Notes: a model not told the origin generated them from the sequence alone. A stretch of 64,000 bases of DNA from Nitrospirales bacterium (GCA_963555755.3 OY820905.2:3296001-3360000), one strand, 5' to 3'. Positions 1 through 10,084 are shown, numbered from the stretch's first letter. Made by a program: numbers and translations.

Positions 1-42
1 TTCCTGACCCCGTTTACAGAATACGAAAAGAAGAATGGTCAG

Positions 43-249
43 CTAGGGGATAGGCGCAGCTTTTTCCTCAACACATTTTTTACAAAATAAAATTTCGCCA
101 AGATGTTTATCTCGCCCGTCCTTCGTCACTACCCACGGCCGTTCGCTCCAAGGAGGATTGTGACGGACATGCTGCCCATGCCCACATTCGAGATCCGCTA
201 CCCAATCGTCATATTCATCCTGATGAAAACCTATGATTTTTTGATTCAA
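43..249 (-). CDS. DUF3565 family small protein
   Basis: IIGFHQDE..DWVADLECGHGQHVRHNPPW..RPWV..CKKC signature. Confidence 0.85.
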   Translation of the reverse strand: MNQKIIGFHQDEYDDWVADLECGHGQHVRHNPPWSERPWVVTKDGRDKHLGEILFCKKCVEEKAAPIP

Positions 250-385
250 ATCCTCTCCTTAATCTTATCCCGCGTTGGGCGCGGCGGAGCCGCAGCACCG
301 AATCGACTTTTTTGGCGAAGGCTGTTTGAGCGCAGCGAGTTCCTGAGCCATCTTATTCGGTGCGGAGGCGGAGGGACCCCCATGG

Positions 386-2963
386 CAATGGCATTCGTTT
401 AAGGAATGGGCGGCATTCGTTTAAGGATTTGGCTCATTCGTTTAAGAAACGGATTCCATGTGCTTAAGGGACTTTCAGATAGAGGCCATCGACCCTGTGG
501 GGTTCTTGGACTGGCTGTTCTTTTTGGGTGGATGCCACGTGGACTCCGGTTTCATGGATGTTCGAGGATAGGATCGGCCCGGCCTCACCCGTTGGTAGTG
601 ACTCACAATGGACTCGAAGGCCCGTTGGACGGCGGTCTGCATCCGAGCATGGAGCACGAGCAGATCTTCGAAGCTTCGCGCAAACACGTGAAGGCAATGT
701 TTGAAGTTGGTCTTGAATGTCCGCCTCGCCCCGGTGCCGGTTCCAACTATGGACGATCCGGGAGGGGCCATGGGCTCAGCTGCGGGGGCTTCGGGATTGA
801 GTGCGTGGTCCGCCCGATTGGCGAACAGCCGGTTCATGGTGATCAGGACGAAATGCGCGAAGAGCTCTTGTTTGACGCCGCGCTCGGTTTTGGCATGAAA
901 CTCCTCGATGAGGAACAGGCGCTTGCTCACCTTGTAGAGTTCCTCGATGCCCCAACGGGCATGGTAGAGATCCATGAACTCCTGGAGCGGATACCGCTGC
1001 TGGGGGCCGACCAGGGTGGTGCCCAAGCAAAATCGGCTGCCGGCCATCTCATATTTCAGAAGCCGCAGGCTCAACGGGATGATGGCGAGATCAGGATAGA
1101 CCGCCCGGATGTCTCGTTGCGTGCGTGCGGCGGGGAAGAGGGTGACCGTGGTGTCGGTGTCCGGGCCGGCAAAAAACTCTTGAATCTCCTTGAACCCGCT
1201 GTCTTGGAGACGAAACACGGCGTGGATCCCGGCGGTCCAGTGCTGATGCAGCAGGACGTAGGAGAAATAGCCTCGATCGTACACCACGACATCGTTGGGC
1301 TTCAGCACAGCCAGGTGCCGCAGGGCGCACCGTCGCTCGTTGCCATGCGCGACGAGGTCGAAATCCCAGGGCACTTGCGACGTGAGGTGGTAGAGGCAAC
1401 TCAGCAACCCTTGAGGATAGTGTGCATTGTCAGAGGGCAAGGGGTAGCCACACGCCCGCAACGCGCGGGGCAGTGTAAGCTTGGAGCCATCGACGGCAAA
1501 CACCCGATGGCCCAACCAGGTGTCGTTGGAGTCGTGTGGGGCATAGGCGTCCAGAATGTTCCGGTTGACGGACTGGAAAATGGCTTCGTCCAGTTTGCGA
1601 CGTGCGACACAAAAGGACGCCGGCGCGATGCTGTGGGGTTGCGGGAGCGCGAGCGCCAGGTTGTCGCAACTGTCCCACAAGTCATCAATGGTGGTGCCGT
1701 AACTTTGGGAGTTGGTTGACGACACCAACCGAAAGATCAACAGCATCAGGATCAGGGAATCGATCACCCGTTTCCGGACGCGCCACTGGTCATCGTACTG
1801 GGCCGCCACGTCGTGGAGGATGTGGACCACCTGTTTCCACCAGGCGACAAACCCTTCCCCGACGGACCGTGTGCGACTGGCTCGCACGTCGTTGCGATAG
1901 CGTGTCTTCACCGTGACGGCTCGATGCCCGGCAGTCAGGCACGCGCGCCAGTCGGGTTGGAGCGGATAGAGAAAAATCTCTTTTGTCGTGGGTGGACGGT
2001 CCGACGTTGAGCCAAACCGCCCGCGCCCCTCGGTGTAGCCCACGAAGTGCCAATTGGCCGCTCGATAACAGGTCCCGGCAAACCGGGAGGGATCGATGAA
2101 CGTTTCAATCAGCACCGGGCGATAACCGTAGACTTCAACCCAGTCGTCCCCGATCTGCTTGGTGGCCCGCGCCAGCACATGGCTGGCGAGATTCGGCACG
2201 TCAATCCACGGAAAGATCAAAAACCGATCATTGCGCAACACCAATGGCAGGAGCTTCCTCCGGTGCGTCACGTCCCAGCCAATCCAGTGATCTCTGGGGG
2301 CCAGCGCCCAGGCGGCCGAGGCCGAAAACAGCAGACAGCCCAGCGGGTACGGCTGGGCGGCCGATCTCACCAGATAGCCCAGCTGGGCCCCGATCGGGTG
2401 TTTATAGCCCAAATAATGATAGGTCTGCAGGTAGGCTTTCCAGCTCTCGCGTTCCTCTTTCGAGACCACCCGGTGCAGGGTAATTGGGGCCACGGCGGCG
2501 AGGGTGTCGGTGAGTGGCTCGGTGGGGGGCGGCTCGTGAAACGCAGGGATGGGGTGTCCCGGCGCGCGCTTGTGGCGCGTGGCCGGCAGAGTCACGATCC
2601 CGTGCGCTTCCAGCTCGGTCAGCAAGGTCAAACAGGAATGAATCTTGTTGTGGCCCGTCGGCGTGGTCCAGCTGAGATGCTCACAGACGGTGAGGGCCAA
2701 TTCCTTCCGACTCAGGTGGGGGAACAGCTGGACGGTTTCTTGGACCTGCGCCAACTGCTTGCGGGTGAACCGCCGCCCGCTAAAGGTCGTCTTGGGTAAG
2801 GTGTCCACAGTCTTCATCGAGGATAGTCTCTCAGAAGACGGAAAAGAAGTCAAGCGAAAAAGGACACCAGGGCGACTTCGGTTCAGAAGCCCTGATCAAT
2901 CAACCAGTTCCGCTGATAACAGAGAAGGCAGATTGTTCGTTCGAACCAAACCGAATGCCATTG
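386..2963 (-). mobile_element. IS4-family insertion sequence, about 2.58 kb
   Basis: TIRs CAATGGCATTCG (386-397) and CGAATGCCATTG (2952-2963); flanks ACCCCCATGG (376-385) and ACCCCCTTGG (2964-2973) form a 10-bp TSD with 1 mismatch; visibly GC-richer than neighbours. Confidence 0.9.
475..2817 (-). CDS. DruA/DUF4338 domain fused to IS4-family DDE transposase
   Basis: N-part YHYLGY, RDHWIGW, NDRFLIFPW, NLASHVL, ETFID..FAGTCYRAANW (DUF4338); C-part VFAVDGS, VVVYDRGY, YHARWGIEELYKVSK (IS4 DDE/YREK). ATG 2817 chosen over TTG 2853. Confidence 0.85.
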   Translation of the reverse strand: MKTVDTLPKTTFSGRRFTRKQLAQVQETVQLFPHLSRKELALTVCEHLSWTTPTGHNKIHSCLTLLTELEAHGIVTLPATRHKRAPGHPIPAFHEPPPTEPLTDTLAAVAPITLHRVVSKEERESWKAYLQTYHYLGYKHPIGAQLGYLVRSAAQPYPLGCLLFSASAAWALAPRDHWIGWDVTHRRKLLPLVLRNDRFLIFPWIDVPNLASHVLARATKQIGDDWVEVYGYRPVLIETFIDPSRFAGTCYRAANWHFVGYTEGRGRFGSTSDRPPTTKEIFLYPLQPDWRACLTAGHRAVTVKTRYRNDVRASRTRSVGEGFVAWWKQVVHILHDVAAQYDDQWRVRKRVIDSLILMLLIFRLVSSTNSQSYGTTIDDLWDSCDNLALALPQPHSIAPASFCVARRKLDEAIFQSVNRNILDAYAPHDSNDTWLGHRVFAVDGSKLTLPRALRACGYPLPSDNAHYPQGLLSCLYHLTSQVPWDFDLVAHGNERRCALRHLAVLKPNDVVVYDRGYFSYVLLHQHWTAGIHAVFRLQDSGFKEIQEFFAGPDTDTTVTLFPAARTQRDIRAVYPDLAIIPLSLRLLKYEMAGSRFCLGTTLVGPQQRYPLQEFMDLYHARWGIEELYKVSKRLFLIEEFHAKTERGVKQELFAHFVLITMNRLFANRADHALNPEAPAAEPMAPPGSSIVGTGTGARRTFKTNFKHCLHVFARSFEDLLVLHARMQTAVQRAFESIVSHYQRVRPGRSYPRTSMKPESTWHPPKKNSQSKNPTGSMASI

Positions 2964-3113
2964 ACCCCCTTGGGGCCGCGCACGGGCGAAAATGGTTTTG
3001 GGTCCTTTTGCCGAAACAAAAGGACCTCGGCGTGTGGGGACGACACCCCACATTATAATTCTTTAAATAATTCATCAGGCGTACTTGACGATAAGAATGA
3101 GGAGGAAGAGAAA

Positions 3114-3149
3114 ACCTGGATTCCCGATTAAGGATGTCGGGAATGACGG
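3114..3149. repeat. REP/dRS3-like palindrome (GGATTCCCG-N-CGGGAATGAC)
   Basis: Related copies at about 22105-22200, 30360-30394 and 47351-47383. Confidence 0.65.
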
Positions 3150-3231
3150 ATTTACGTTCCTTGAATTCCGCTATCGATTCTACGAGTACGGCTCATTAAA
3201 CGAATAGAGAAGGTATCGTTAATCACCTTCT

Positions 3232-4083
3232 CTATTCCTTTCTGGTCTGACTTTTTACATCCAACCAATCGCGAAGCCAGTCGCCGAGTAAGTTAATGGC
3301 CAAAACGACGCACATCAAGGCTAGGCCGGGAGCGATGACCATGTGCGGGGCTACGAGCATGTAGCGCGTGCCATCGCGGATCATGCTGCCCCATGATGCG
3401 GCAGGTGGTTGAACGCCTAATCCCAAGAAGGACAACCCGGCCTCTCCAATCACGACACCTGCGATTCCAAAACTGGCTTCAACAATTAATGGGGCGCTGA
3501 TTAAGGGAACCAGGTGGCGCAGCATAATTCGAATGGGTTGAGCGCCAATTGCGACTGCGGCGTGTACATGATCGCGTTCTTTGACCGAGAGCACTTGCGC
3601 GCGTGCAAGCCGTGCGTATCCCACCCACCCCACGACGCACAACGCAATCACCACATTGTCGATGCCGGGTCCCATGACGCCGGCAAGCGCAATCGCTAAC
3701 AGGATACCGGGAAACGCGAGGAAGATATCGATCACCCGAACGAAGGCGAGGTCCGTCCAGCCTCCCACATAGGCGCTGAGCGTACCCAGACTACTTCCGA
3801 CCACGAGGGAAATGGCCACCACGGTGAACGCGACGAGAAACGAGGTGCGAGCACCGACGATAAGACGATCAACAACCGGTCGTCCAAGATCATCGAAACC
3901 CAACCATTCTTGAACACTTCCAGGCAGAAGAATGTTTGACAGGTCGATCGAGTTTGGCGAAAGCGGGAGGAACGGCCCAAGTATGGCGAGGCCAGCCCAG
4001 AGAAGAATGACCGCCAGAGGAATCCCAACACGAAATATCATAGGACTGTTGATTAATTGAAAAATTCTCATAGTGCCGTTCAC
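3232..4083 (-). CDS. dppC: Dipeptide/oligopeptide ABC permease, DppC/OppC type
   Basis: WLGFDDLGR, YARLARAQVL, EAGLSFLGLGVQPP..SWGSMI. Confidence 0.9.
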   Translation of the reverse strand: MNGTMRIFQLINSPMIFRVGIPLAVILLWAGLAILGPFLPLSPNSIDLSNILLPGSVQEWLGFDDLGRPVVDRLIVGARTSFLVAFTVVAISLVVGSSLGTLSAYVGGWTDLAFVRVIDIFLAFPGILLAIALAGVMGPGIDNVVIALCVVGWVGYARLARAQVLSVKERDHVHAAVAIGAQPIRIMLRHLVPLISAPLIVEASFGIAGVVIGEAGLSFLGLGVQPPAASWGSMIRDGTRYMLVAPHMVIAPGLALMCVVLAINLLGDWLRDWLDVKSQTRKE

Positions 4084-4117
4084 GTGTAACTCATCTTATG
4101 AACATCCAAGAGCAACA

Positions 4118-4383
4118 GGGAAGGTTTAAAAAGGTGCGCTCAGCCAGATGGTCTCCAGGCTTCCCATCTGGCTTTCCCAGGGGCTCCGCCCCTAGGACGG
4201 CCCGAACAGCAGGGCCTGTGACCCCTCGAAGGGGGAACACCCCCTTCGAGCATCCCCCACACCGAGTGATACTAAACACCCGGTGTGCAAGGCCGCAGGC
4301 GCTTTGGCGCGTGGAGCGTACTCATAGTACGTGAGCACGACAAAGGGCCGAGAACGCCGCTGACGCCCTTTTTCAACATTCCC
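4118..4383. repeat. MITE family A copy carrying extra internal sequence
   Basis: Ends GGGAAGGTTTAAAAAG / TTTTTCAACATTCCC; core matches 21830, 41131 and 55845 in reverse. Confidence 0.75.
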
Positions 4384-4384
4384 A

Positions 4385-5314
4385 TCATGATTTTTGAATT
4401 CTCACACGCGGATCAACCCAGGTGTACACCAGATCCGTGAACAGATTGACCATGACATAGGAACAGCTAATCAAAAGCACAGCAGCTTGGACCACCGGGT
4501 AGTCCCGACGATGAATGGATTCCACCACGAGCGAGCCAATACCCGGCCAGGAAAACACGGTTTCGGTGATCACAGCGCCGCTCAGAAGTGCACCAAGTTG
4601 TAATCCCAGCAACGTGATCACCGGGAGTAACGCATTTCGAAGGCCGTGTCTGAACGTCACAACCCATTCCGTGAGTCCTTTGCTGCGGGCCGTTCGAATA
4701 AAGTCTTCGGTCAACACTTCAAGAAGAGTGCTTCGGATCATGCGCGATAAGATAGCGGCCATGGCCGTGCCTAAGGTGATTGCCGGAAGGACAATCGATC
4801 CGGCGCCTTCGCGTCCACTCACGGGAAACCATCCGAGCCACAAGGCACCGACTAAAATTAACATCGGGCCCATCCAAAAGTTTGGAATCGACATGCCGAA
4901 CAGGGCGAATCCCATGGCCCCGAAATCCCAGGCCGTTCCTTTTTTGACCGCAGCGAGGATCCCTAATGGAATGGCCACCACCAGGGCAATAAGTAGCGAC
5001 ACGAGTCCGAGTTCAATTGTGGCTGGAAGCCGTTCCAACATGAGTTCGGAAATAGGCCGCCCGGAATATAGCGACGTCCCAAGATCGAAGTGAGCCAGTC
5101 CCTTGATATACGCCAGCAGTTGAATGTGAACAGGTTGATGTAAGCCCAAGGCTTGCCGCAGTGCTTCTCTATCAGCCGGTTGAGCGGACTCTCCCAACAT
5201 GACTTCGACGGGGTCGCCTGGGACGAGGTGCAGTAACAGAAAGACCATGCACACGACACCAAAGATTACGCCAAGAGCCGTGAGCATACGTGGAAGAAGG
5301 AATTTGATGAACAT
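4385..5314 (-). CDS. dppB: Dipeptide/oligopeptide ABC permease, DppB/OppB type
   Basis: PGDPV, FDLGTS, RLPATIEL, DFIRTARSKGL, ETVFSWPGIG, RDYPVVQ. Confidence 0.9.
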   Translation of the reverse strand: MFIKFLLPRMLTALGVIFGVVCMVFLLLHLVPGDPVEVMLGESAQPADREALRQALGLHQPVHIQLLAYIKGLAHFDLGTSLYSGRPISELMLERLPATIELGLVSLLIALVVAIPLGILAAVKKGTAWDFGAMGFALFGMSIPNFWMGPMLILVGALWLGWFPVSGREGAGSIVLPAITLGTAMAAILSRMIRSTLLEVLTEDFIRTARSKGLTEWVVTFRHGLRNALLPVITLLGLQLGALLSGAVITETVFSWPGIGSLVVESIHRRDYPVVQAAVLLISCSYVMVNLFTDLVYTWVDPRVRIQKS

Positions 5315-5327
5315 AGCGGGTTATAGT

Positions 5328-6917
5328 TTAAAGTGATATACGGTGGACGTGTTGCAAGCCATCAAAGTTCCCATCCTTCGCAATCGTGAATCCTTTGATG
5401 TCTTGTCGAGCGATAAAGACATGATCTTCGTACCACAACGGCACATAGGGCAAGGCGTCGGCGAGATGAGCCTGAAGCTCCTGATACAAGTTTTTCTTTT
5501 CTTGCGTGTCCTGGGTACTGCCAGCTTGGTCAATCAGAAGGTCGGCTTGCCTGCTCCGAAAGCGGCCGCGATTCGCGCCGTTCGGGGGGATGGATTCGCT
5601 ATGAAACACGTAGTGAAAAATGTCCGGCGTTTTCACCCCAACCCAGGACAGGCTGTACATTTGAAACCGACCGGCTTTGATATCCCCGTAGAATGTGCCC
5701 CAGTCATAGCTGCGAAGATCCACCTCAATTCCAACTTGCGACAATTGATATTGGAGGATGGTGGCCAGTCGCACACGAAACGGATCGCTGGATGTTTTGT
5801 AAGTCAGTTTCAACGGGGCACTTGGGGAAAATCCGGCTTGGGCCAACAGCAAGCGGGCTTTTTCGGGATTGTGTTCGTACCGCCTGAGATTGTGAGCCCC
5901 CGCCCAGTGATCAGGAGGTAACAAGGATTGGGCAGGGCGCGCGGCTCCGCCCATGACGTATTGAATGATCCTTTCTCGATCAATCGCGTGGGCCACGGCC
6001 TGACGGACGAGCCCTTGTTTGGTGTGTGCGTCTTGGAAACTAAAACCCAAATACGAAAAGTTAGTTCCTGGGCTGCGTTGAACGTGAAGCCGAAGATCCT
6101 TGGTTAAATAGGTCACAAGTTCAGGAGGCAAATCATTTTGTACCATGTCGACTTCACCAGCGAGAAGCTTCAGGGCGCGAACAGTAGGGTCCTGCACTTT
6201 GATAAATTCGAATCGTTGCTGATCCTCCAGTCGAACCAGTTCAAGACGTGTGTTATCCGGCCATGCGACAAATGAAAACGGACCACTTCCTATGGGCCTG
6301 GAATGGAAAGGGTGGTTGGTTTGGATTAAGTGCGCCGGGAGAATCCCAATAACGACAAAGCTTGGGAACAAGAGATCGGGACGAGTCAGATGAAAATCGA
6401 TGGTCGCTTCATCCTGAACTATTATGTGATCAATCATGGCCAAGGAACCTCGATGAGGCGAAGCGTTTTCGGCCTTCAACATAAACTCATAGGTGGCTTT
6501 CACGTCTTGTGCCGTGAGAGGAGTTCCGTCATGAAACGAGGCTCGATTGGGATTGAGGTAAAATCGAAAGTGCGTTGGAGCCACTTGCTCCCAAACCGCC
6601 AATGCAGGAATGGGTTCGAAGGCATCGTTGAAATCCACAAGCCGTTCATACAAAAGACGGTTCACTCGATCAGACGTGGCATCCGTGGCAAAGCGGGGGT
6701 CGAGGGTAGTCGGGGCATTGGCCAAACCGAATCGAAACGCATCGGTCGGAGGTTCGGTGCATGCGGTCAGAAGTAGGAAAAGCCCCAAGGTTCCAAATGC
6801 GGTGACGAGCCATAGGGTAAACCTGAAGTTTGGGGGAATATGCGAAGGGAAATTCACGATCGAGGATCGAAGCCTGAACCGGTATGAGCAAGGTAAACTT
6901 ATCAAATATGCATACAA
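5328..6917 (-). CDS. ABC substrate-binding lipoprotein, family 5 (DppA/OppA); true start probably downstream, for example GTG 6857
   Basis: LTAC lipobox, TLDP, FHDGTPLTAQDV, PIGSGPF, VRQAVAHAIDR. Confidence 0.85.
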   Translation of the reverse strand: MYAYLISLPCSYRFRLRSSIVNFPSHIPPNFRFTLWLVTAFGTLGLFLLLTACTEPPTDAFRFGLANAPTTLDPRFATDATSDRVNRLLYERLVDFNDAFEPIPALAVWEQVAPTHFRFYLNPNRASFHDGTPLTAQDVKATYEFMLKAENASPHRGSLAMIDHIIVQDEATIDFHLTRPDLLFPSFVVIGILPAHLIQTNHPFHSRPIGSGPFSFVAWPDNTRLELVRLEDQQRFEFIKVQDPTVRALKLLAGEVDMVQNDLPPELVTYLTKDLRLHVQRSPGTNFSYLGFSFQDAHTKQGLVRQAVAHAIDRERIIQYVMGGAARPAQSLLPPDHWAGAHNLRRYEHNPEKARLLLAQAGFSPSAPLKLTYKTSSDPFRVRLATILQYQLSQVGIEVDLRSYDWGTFYGDIKAGRFQMYSLSWVGVKTPDIFHYVFHSESIPPNGANRGRFRSRQADLLIDQAGSTQDTQEKKNLYQELQAHLADALPYVPLWYEDHVFIARQDIKGFTIAKDGNFDGLQHVHRISL

Positions 6918-7058
6918 GAATATACCTAAGTGAAAGACAAGTCTACAATATCATCAAATACTGGAAAGAGTTAAAAACTAGCAAGGGATTGTTGGAAATA
7001 AAAAATTCTCATTACCTTGGCCTACAGTTGGTAAGGTTTGAAACACTCAGAGGCCATA

Positions 7059-7255
7059 GGGAATGTTCAAAAAGGTGCCTTCAGCAAGGCCTAATTCGTA
7101 ATGAGTGACGCGTAATGCGTGATGAGTAAGGAGGCAAGAAGATAGAAGTCAAAACCACTCTTCCGCTTCACGTATCACGCTTCACGCTTCACGTCCCCAA
7201 AAAATGCCGCTGACGCCCCCCCGCCTCCGCGGGGGCATGCTTTTTCAACATTCCT
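7059..7255. repeat. MITE family A shell containing a heptamer-repeat palindrome
   Basis: GGAATGTTCAAAAAG / CTTTTTCAACATTCC ends; internal CGCTTCA repeats. Confidence 0.7.
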
Positions 7256-7322
7256 ATTAATGAATTGCGATGTCTACCGAAATAGTTGATAGAGAGTGGG
7301 CCTTTCAAAGGAGACAGCAGTC

Positions 7323-8819
7323 ATGCTTTTCGGAAATATTGGGAAAAAAGACACTAAACAAAACCAAGTAATAGCAACTGAGCCTCAGACACCATCGAGC
7401 TCCGCTAAAGCCATAAGCGATTCTCCCCAATCTGAATCGATCTACGGAGCCCCGGATTCGACCGCCCCTCTGTTGTCCGCGATTCCGCCTGAACCCGAGA
7501 TCAAAAAACGGGCGTTTCCTCGTGCTCCCACTACCCTTGAAGAAACGGGATTGCCTTCGGAATTATTAGTACAGCTCCTCGTCAAGACGCTCTTCACGGC
7601 TGGCGAGTTAACGGAAGCCTCAGGTGGTGCGCAACTCAAGTTTCCCTATGCCGTGATGAAAGAACTGTTCACCTTGTTAGGACGAGATAAACTCGTGGAA
7701 GTTCTCGGGCATGGTGAATCTCTCGGGGTCTTGTATCGCTATGGACTGACCAATGCCGGGCGGCAACGTGCCCAGGCCTATATGGAAGTGAATCGATACG
7801 TGGGCCCAGCTCCGGTTCCCATCGCGCAATATGTATCCATGGTGCGGAGCCAACCGGTTTCGGATTTGTGCATTGACCGCCAAACCGTTGAGGAGGCCAC
7901 CAAGCATCTGGTGTTACCTGCAGAGTCGGTGGAGCAGGTAGGCGAAGCGGTGAATTCCGGTTGGGCGATCTTCCTCTATGGCCCGCCCGGCAATGGGAAA
8001 ACCGTGATCGCAGAAGCCATTGGCCACATGTTAGGCATGGTGGGGGGTGGCGAAATTTTCGTGCCCTACGCGATCGAAGTGGATAGCCAGATCATTCAGG
8101 TGTTTGATCCGCTCACTCACAAACCCATCGATCCACTGGCAGATTCGCCGCGTTCTTTGATCGAAACAACAATCGAACACGATAACCGATGGATTGCCTG
8201 TAAGCGACCGGTTGAATTTGCCGGAGGGGAATTAACTCTGGCAATGCTTGATCTTACTTTTAACCCCTCGGCGAAATTCTATCAGGCTCCTCCGCATATC
8301 AAGGCCAATGGCGGCGTCTTCCTGATTGATGATTTTGGCCGCCAACTGGTCCGACCCCGCGACCTGCTGAATCGATGGATCGTCCCGTTAGAGAAGCGTG
8401 TGGACTATCTCACCCTGCACACGGGAAAAGTCTTCCAGATTCCGTTTGACACGATCGTGATATTTGCCACCAATCTCGAGCCTCAAAAATTAGCCGATGA
8501 AGCATTTTTGCGTCGGATTCGGAACAAGATCTTGGTGGGTGATCCCACCCCGGAAACCTATACCAAAATTTTTCAAACCATCTGTGAACAAAAGAAGGTG
8601 AAGTTTGATCCAAGCGCCATGGACTATTTGTTTCGCAATGTGTATCAAAAACACCGCATTAATCTGCGGAGTTGTCATCCTCGTGATCTGGTTGATCACA
8701 TTTTGAGTATTGCCAAATTCAATGGCGTGCCCCCGACTCTTGATCGAACCCTACTCGATCGCGCATCCAGAACCTACTTCTTCTTAAGCGACCTCGATCG
8801 CCCGCCAGTACCTACCTAA
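7323..8819 (+). CDS. Uncharacterised AAA+ ATPase, distantly chelatase/MCM-like
   Basis: Walker A GPPGNGKT, ANGGVFLIDDFGRQ, FATN, DEAFLRR. Confidence 0.8.
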   Translation: MLFGNIGKKDTKQNQVIATEPQTPSSSAKAISDSPQSESIYGAPDSTAPLLSAIPPEPEIKKRAFPRAPTTLEETGLPSELLVQLLVKTLFTAGELTEASGGAQLKFPYAVMKELFTLLGRDKLVEVLGHGESLGVLYRYGLTNAGRQRAQAYMEVNRYVGPAPVPIAQYVSMVRSQPVSDLCIDRQTVEEATKHLVLPAESVEQVGEAVNSGWAIFLYGPPGNGKTVIAEAIGHMLGMVGGGEIFVPYAIEVDSQIIQVFDPLTHKPIDPLADSPRSLIETTIEHDNRWIACKRPVEFAGGELTLAMLDLTFNPSAKFYQAPPHIKANGGVFLIDDFGRQLVRPRDLLNRWIVPLEKRVDYLTLHTGKVFQIPFDTIVIFATNLEPQKLADEAFLRRIRNKILVGDPTPETYTKIFQTICEQKKVKFDPSAMDYLFRNVYQKHRINLRSCHPRDLVDHILSIAKFNGVPPTLDRTLLDRASRTYFFLSDLDRPPVPT

Positions 8820-8970
8820 CCCGTCGCTCGCATCTCGTATCTCGTCTTTCATATTTTTTTTAGCGACCATCGACGAGCAACGGGTTATGGTCTCCCAACT
8901 CAATTCGTGATACAAAGATCAGTACATTGCCGCGAAATGTTGTAGGCTTGTTTAAGTGGGAGAAATGGTG

Positions 8971-9924
8971 ATGAAAGCGATAGCGATTCAGGAGTTTGGC
9001 GGACGCGACAAACTACAACTGATGGATCTGCCGGTTCCGGCACTTGAGGGACAAGAGGTTCTGATCCGAATCAAAGCCGCCGGGGTCAATCCGGTTGATT
9101 GGAAAATTCGAGAGGGATTTTTACGGGACTTTTTACCTCATGAGTTTCCGATCGTTCTCGGCTGGGATACGGCCGGTGTCGTCGAGAAAATCGGGAATGA
9201 GGTAACAGGACATCACGTTGGTGATGAAGTCTTTTCGTACTGCCGTTTACCCGTGATTCATAACGGGTCCTATGCCGAATATATCGCTTTGCCAGCCGAC
9301 ATCGTGGCCAAGAAACCTGCGAGTCTGTCTTTCGAACAAGCCGCCTCGATGCCACTTGCGGGTTTAACAGCGTATCAATCATTGTTCGATGCCGGTGGGT
9401 TACAACGCGGAGACATCGTCCTCATTCACGCGGCGGCTGGAGGCGTTGGCGGATTTGCGGTGCAGTTGACCAAGCAGTGTGGCGCAACCGTCATTGGGAC
9501 CGCGAGCCCACGCAATCATGACTATCTTCGTGGGTTAGGTGCTGATCGAGTCATCGATTATTTGACGCAGGATTTTCGACAGGTGGTTCGTGAGTGGTAT
9601 CCTTCAGGTGTAGACCTTGTCTACGATTGTGTGGGCGGCGATGTGTTGGAGCAGAGCGTGGAGATCCTCAGTCCGACCGGACGCCTCATCACAATTGCCG
9701 AACCAGCTCACGCTGAAACCATGACGGCACAAGGCATCAATGTTCAGTTCGTGTTTGTGGCACCCCATGCTCGGCAGCTTGAGGAGTTGGCCAACATGGC
9801 CAACCAAGGGCAGCTCCACACGCATGTGTCTGGCACATTCCCACTTGAAGAAGCCGTTCAAGCCCATGAGATTCTCGAAACCCAGCATGTGAAGGGGAAG
9901 CTGGTGCTGACTATGAGGACGTGA
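8971..9924 (+). CDS. NADP-dependent oxidoreductase (MDR, quinone reductase-like)
   Basis: AAGVNPVDWK, LIHAAAGGVG, KGKLVL. Confidence 0.9.
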   Translation: MKAIAIQEFGGRDKLQLMDLPVPALEGQEVLIRIKAAGVNPVDWKIREGFLRDFLPHEFPIVLGWDTAGVVEKIGNEVTGHHVGDEVFSYCRLPVIHNGSYAEYIALPADIVAKKPASLSFEQAASMPLAGLTAYQSLFDAGGLQRGDIVLIHAAAGGVGGFAVQLTKQCGATVIGTASPRNHDYLRGLGADRVIDYLTQDFRQVVREWYPSGVDLVYDCVGGDVLEQSVEILSPTGRLITIAEPAHAETMTAQGINVQFVFVAPHARQLEELANMANQGQLHTHVSGTFPLEEAVQAHEILETQHVKGKLVLTMRT

Positions 9925-10072
9925 AGCGTGATTCGTGAAACGTCAAGCGTGAAAGAAACGCCGTTCCTCTTTTTCCCTGCGCTTCACGCATGACGCTTCA
10001 CCCTTCACGTCCACAAAGAACGTTGCTGGCAGTCCCTCGCCGCCGCAGGAGTATGGTTTTTCAACAGCCCCC
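9918..10072. repeat. Heptamer palindrome (GTGAAGC/CGCTTCA) plus family A right end
   Basis: gtgaagcgtgattcgtgaaacg ... cgcttcacgcatgacgcttca, then tttttcaacagccc. Confidence 0.6.
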
Positions 10073-10084
10073 CCATGTGTATCC

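Larger units (their letters stand above)
278..3052. repeat. Palindrome-rich MITE-like intergenic element (family G) split by the IS4 insertion; halves about 278-385 and 2964-3052
   Basis: Halves join as gggacccc..ggggcc; the distal part (ggtttgggtcc..aaaggacctcg..gggacga.accc) recurs at about 30231-30311. Confidence 0.55.

Noticed and set aside
390..468. Short direct repeats as a mini-CRISPR
   Set aside because: Units are 12-16 bp with 5-10 bp gaps and overlap the IS TIR; better explained as transposon end sites
406..2799. Long plus-strand ORFs of 437 and 250 aa
   Set aside because: Antisense shadows of the GC-rich transposase gene, with no motifs
475..2817. A complete Druantia defence system
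   Set aside because: No DruE helicase or other dru genes in the window; the domain lies inside an IS
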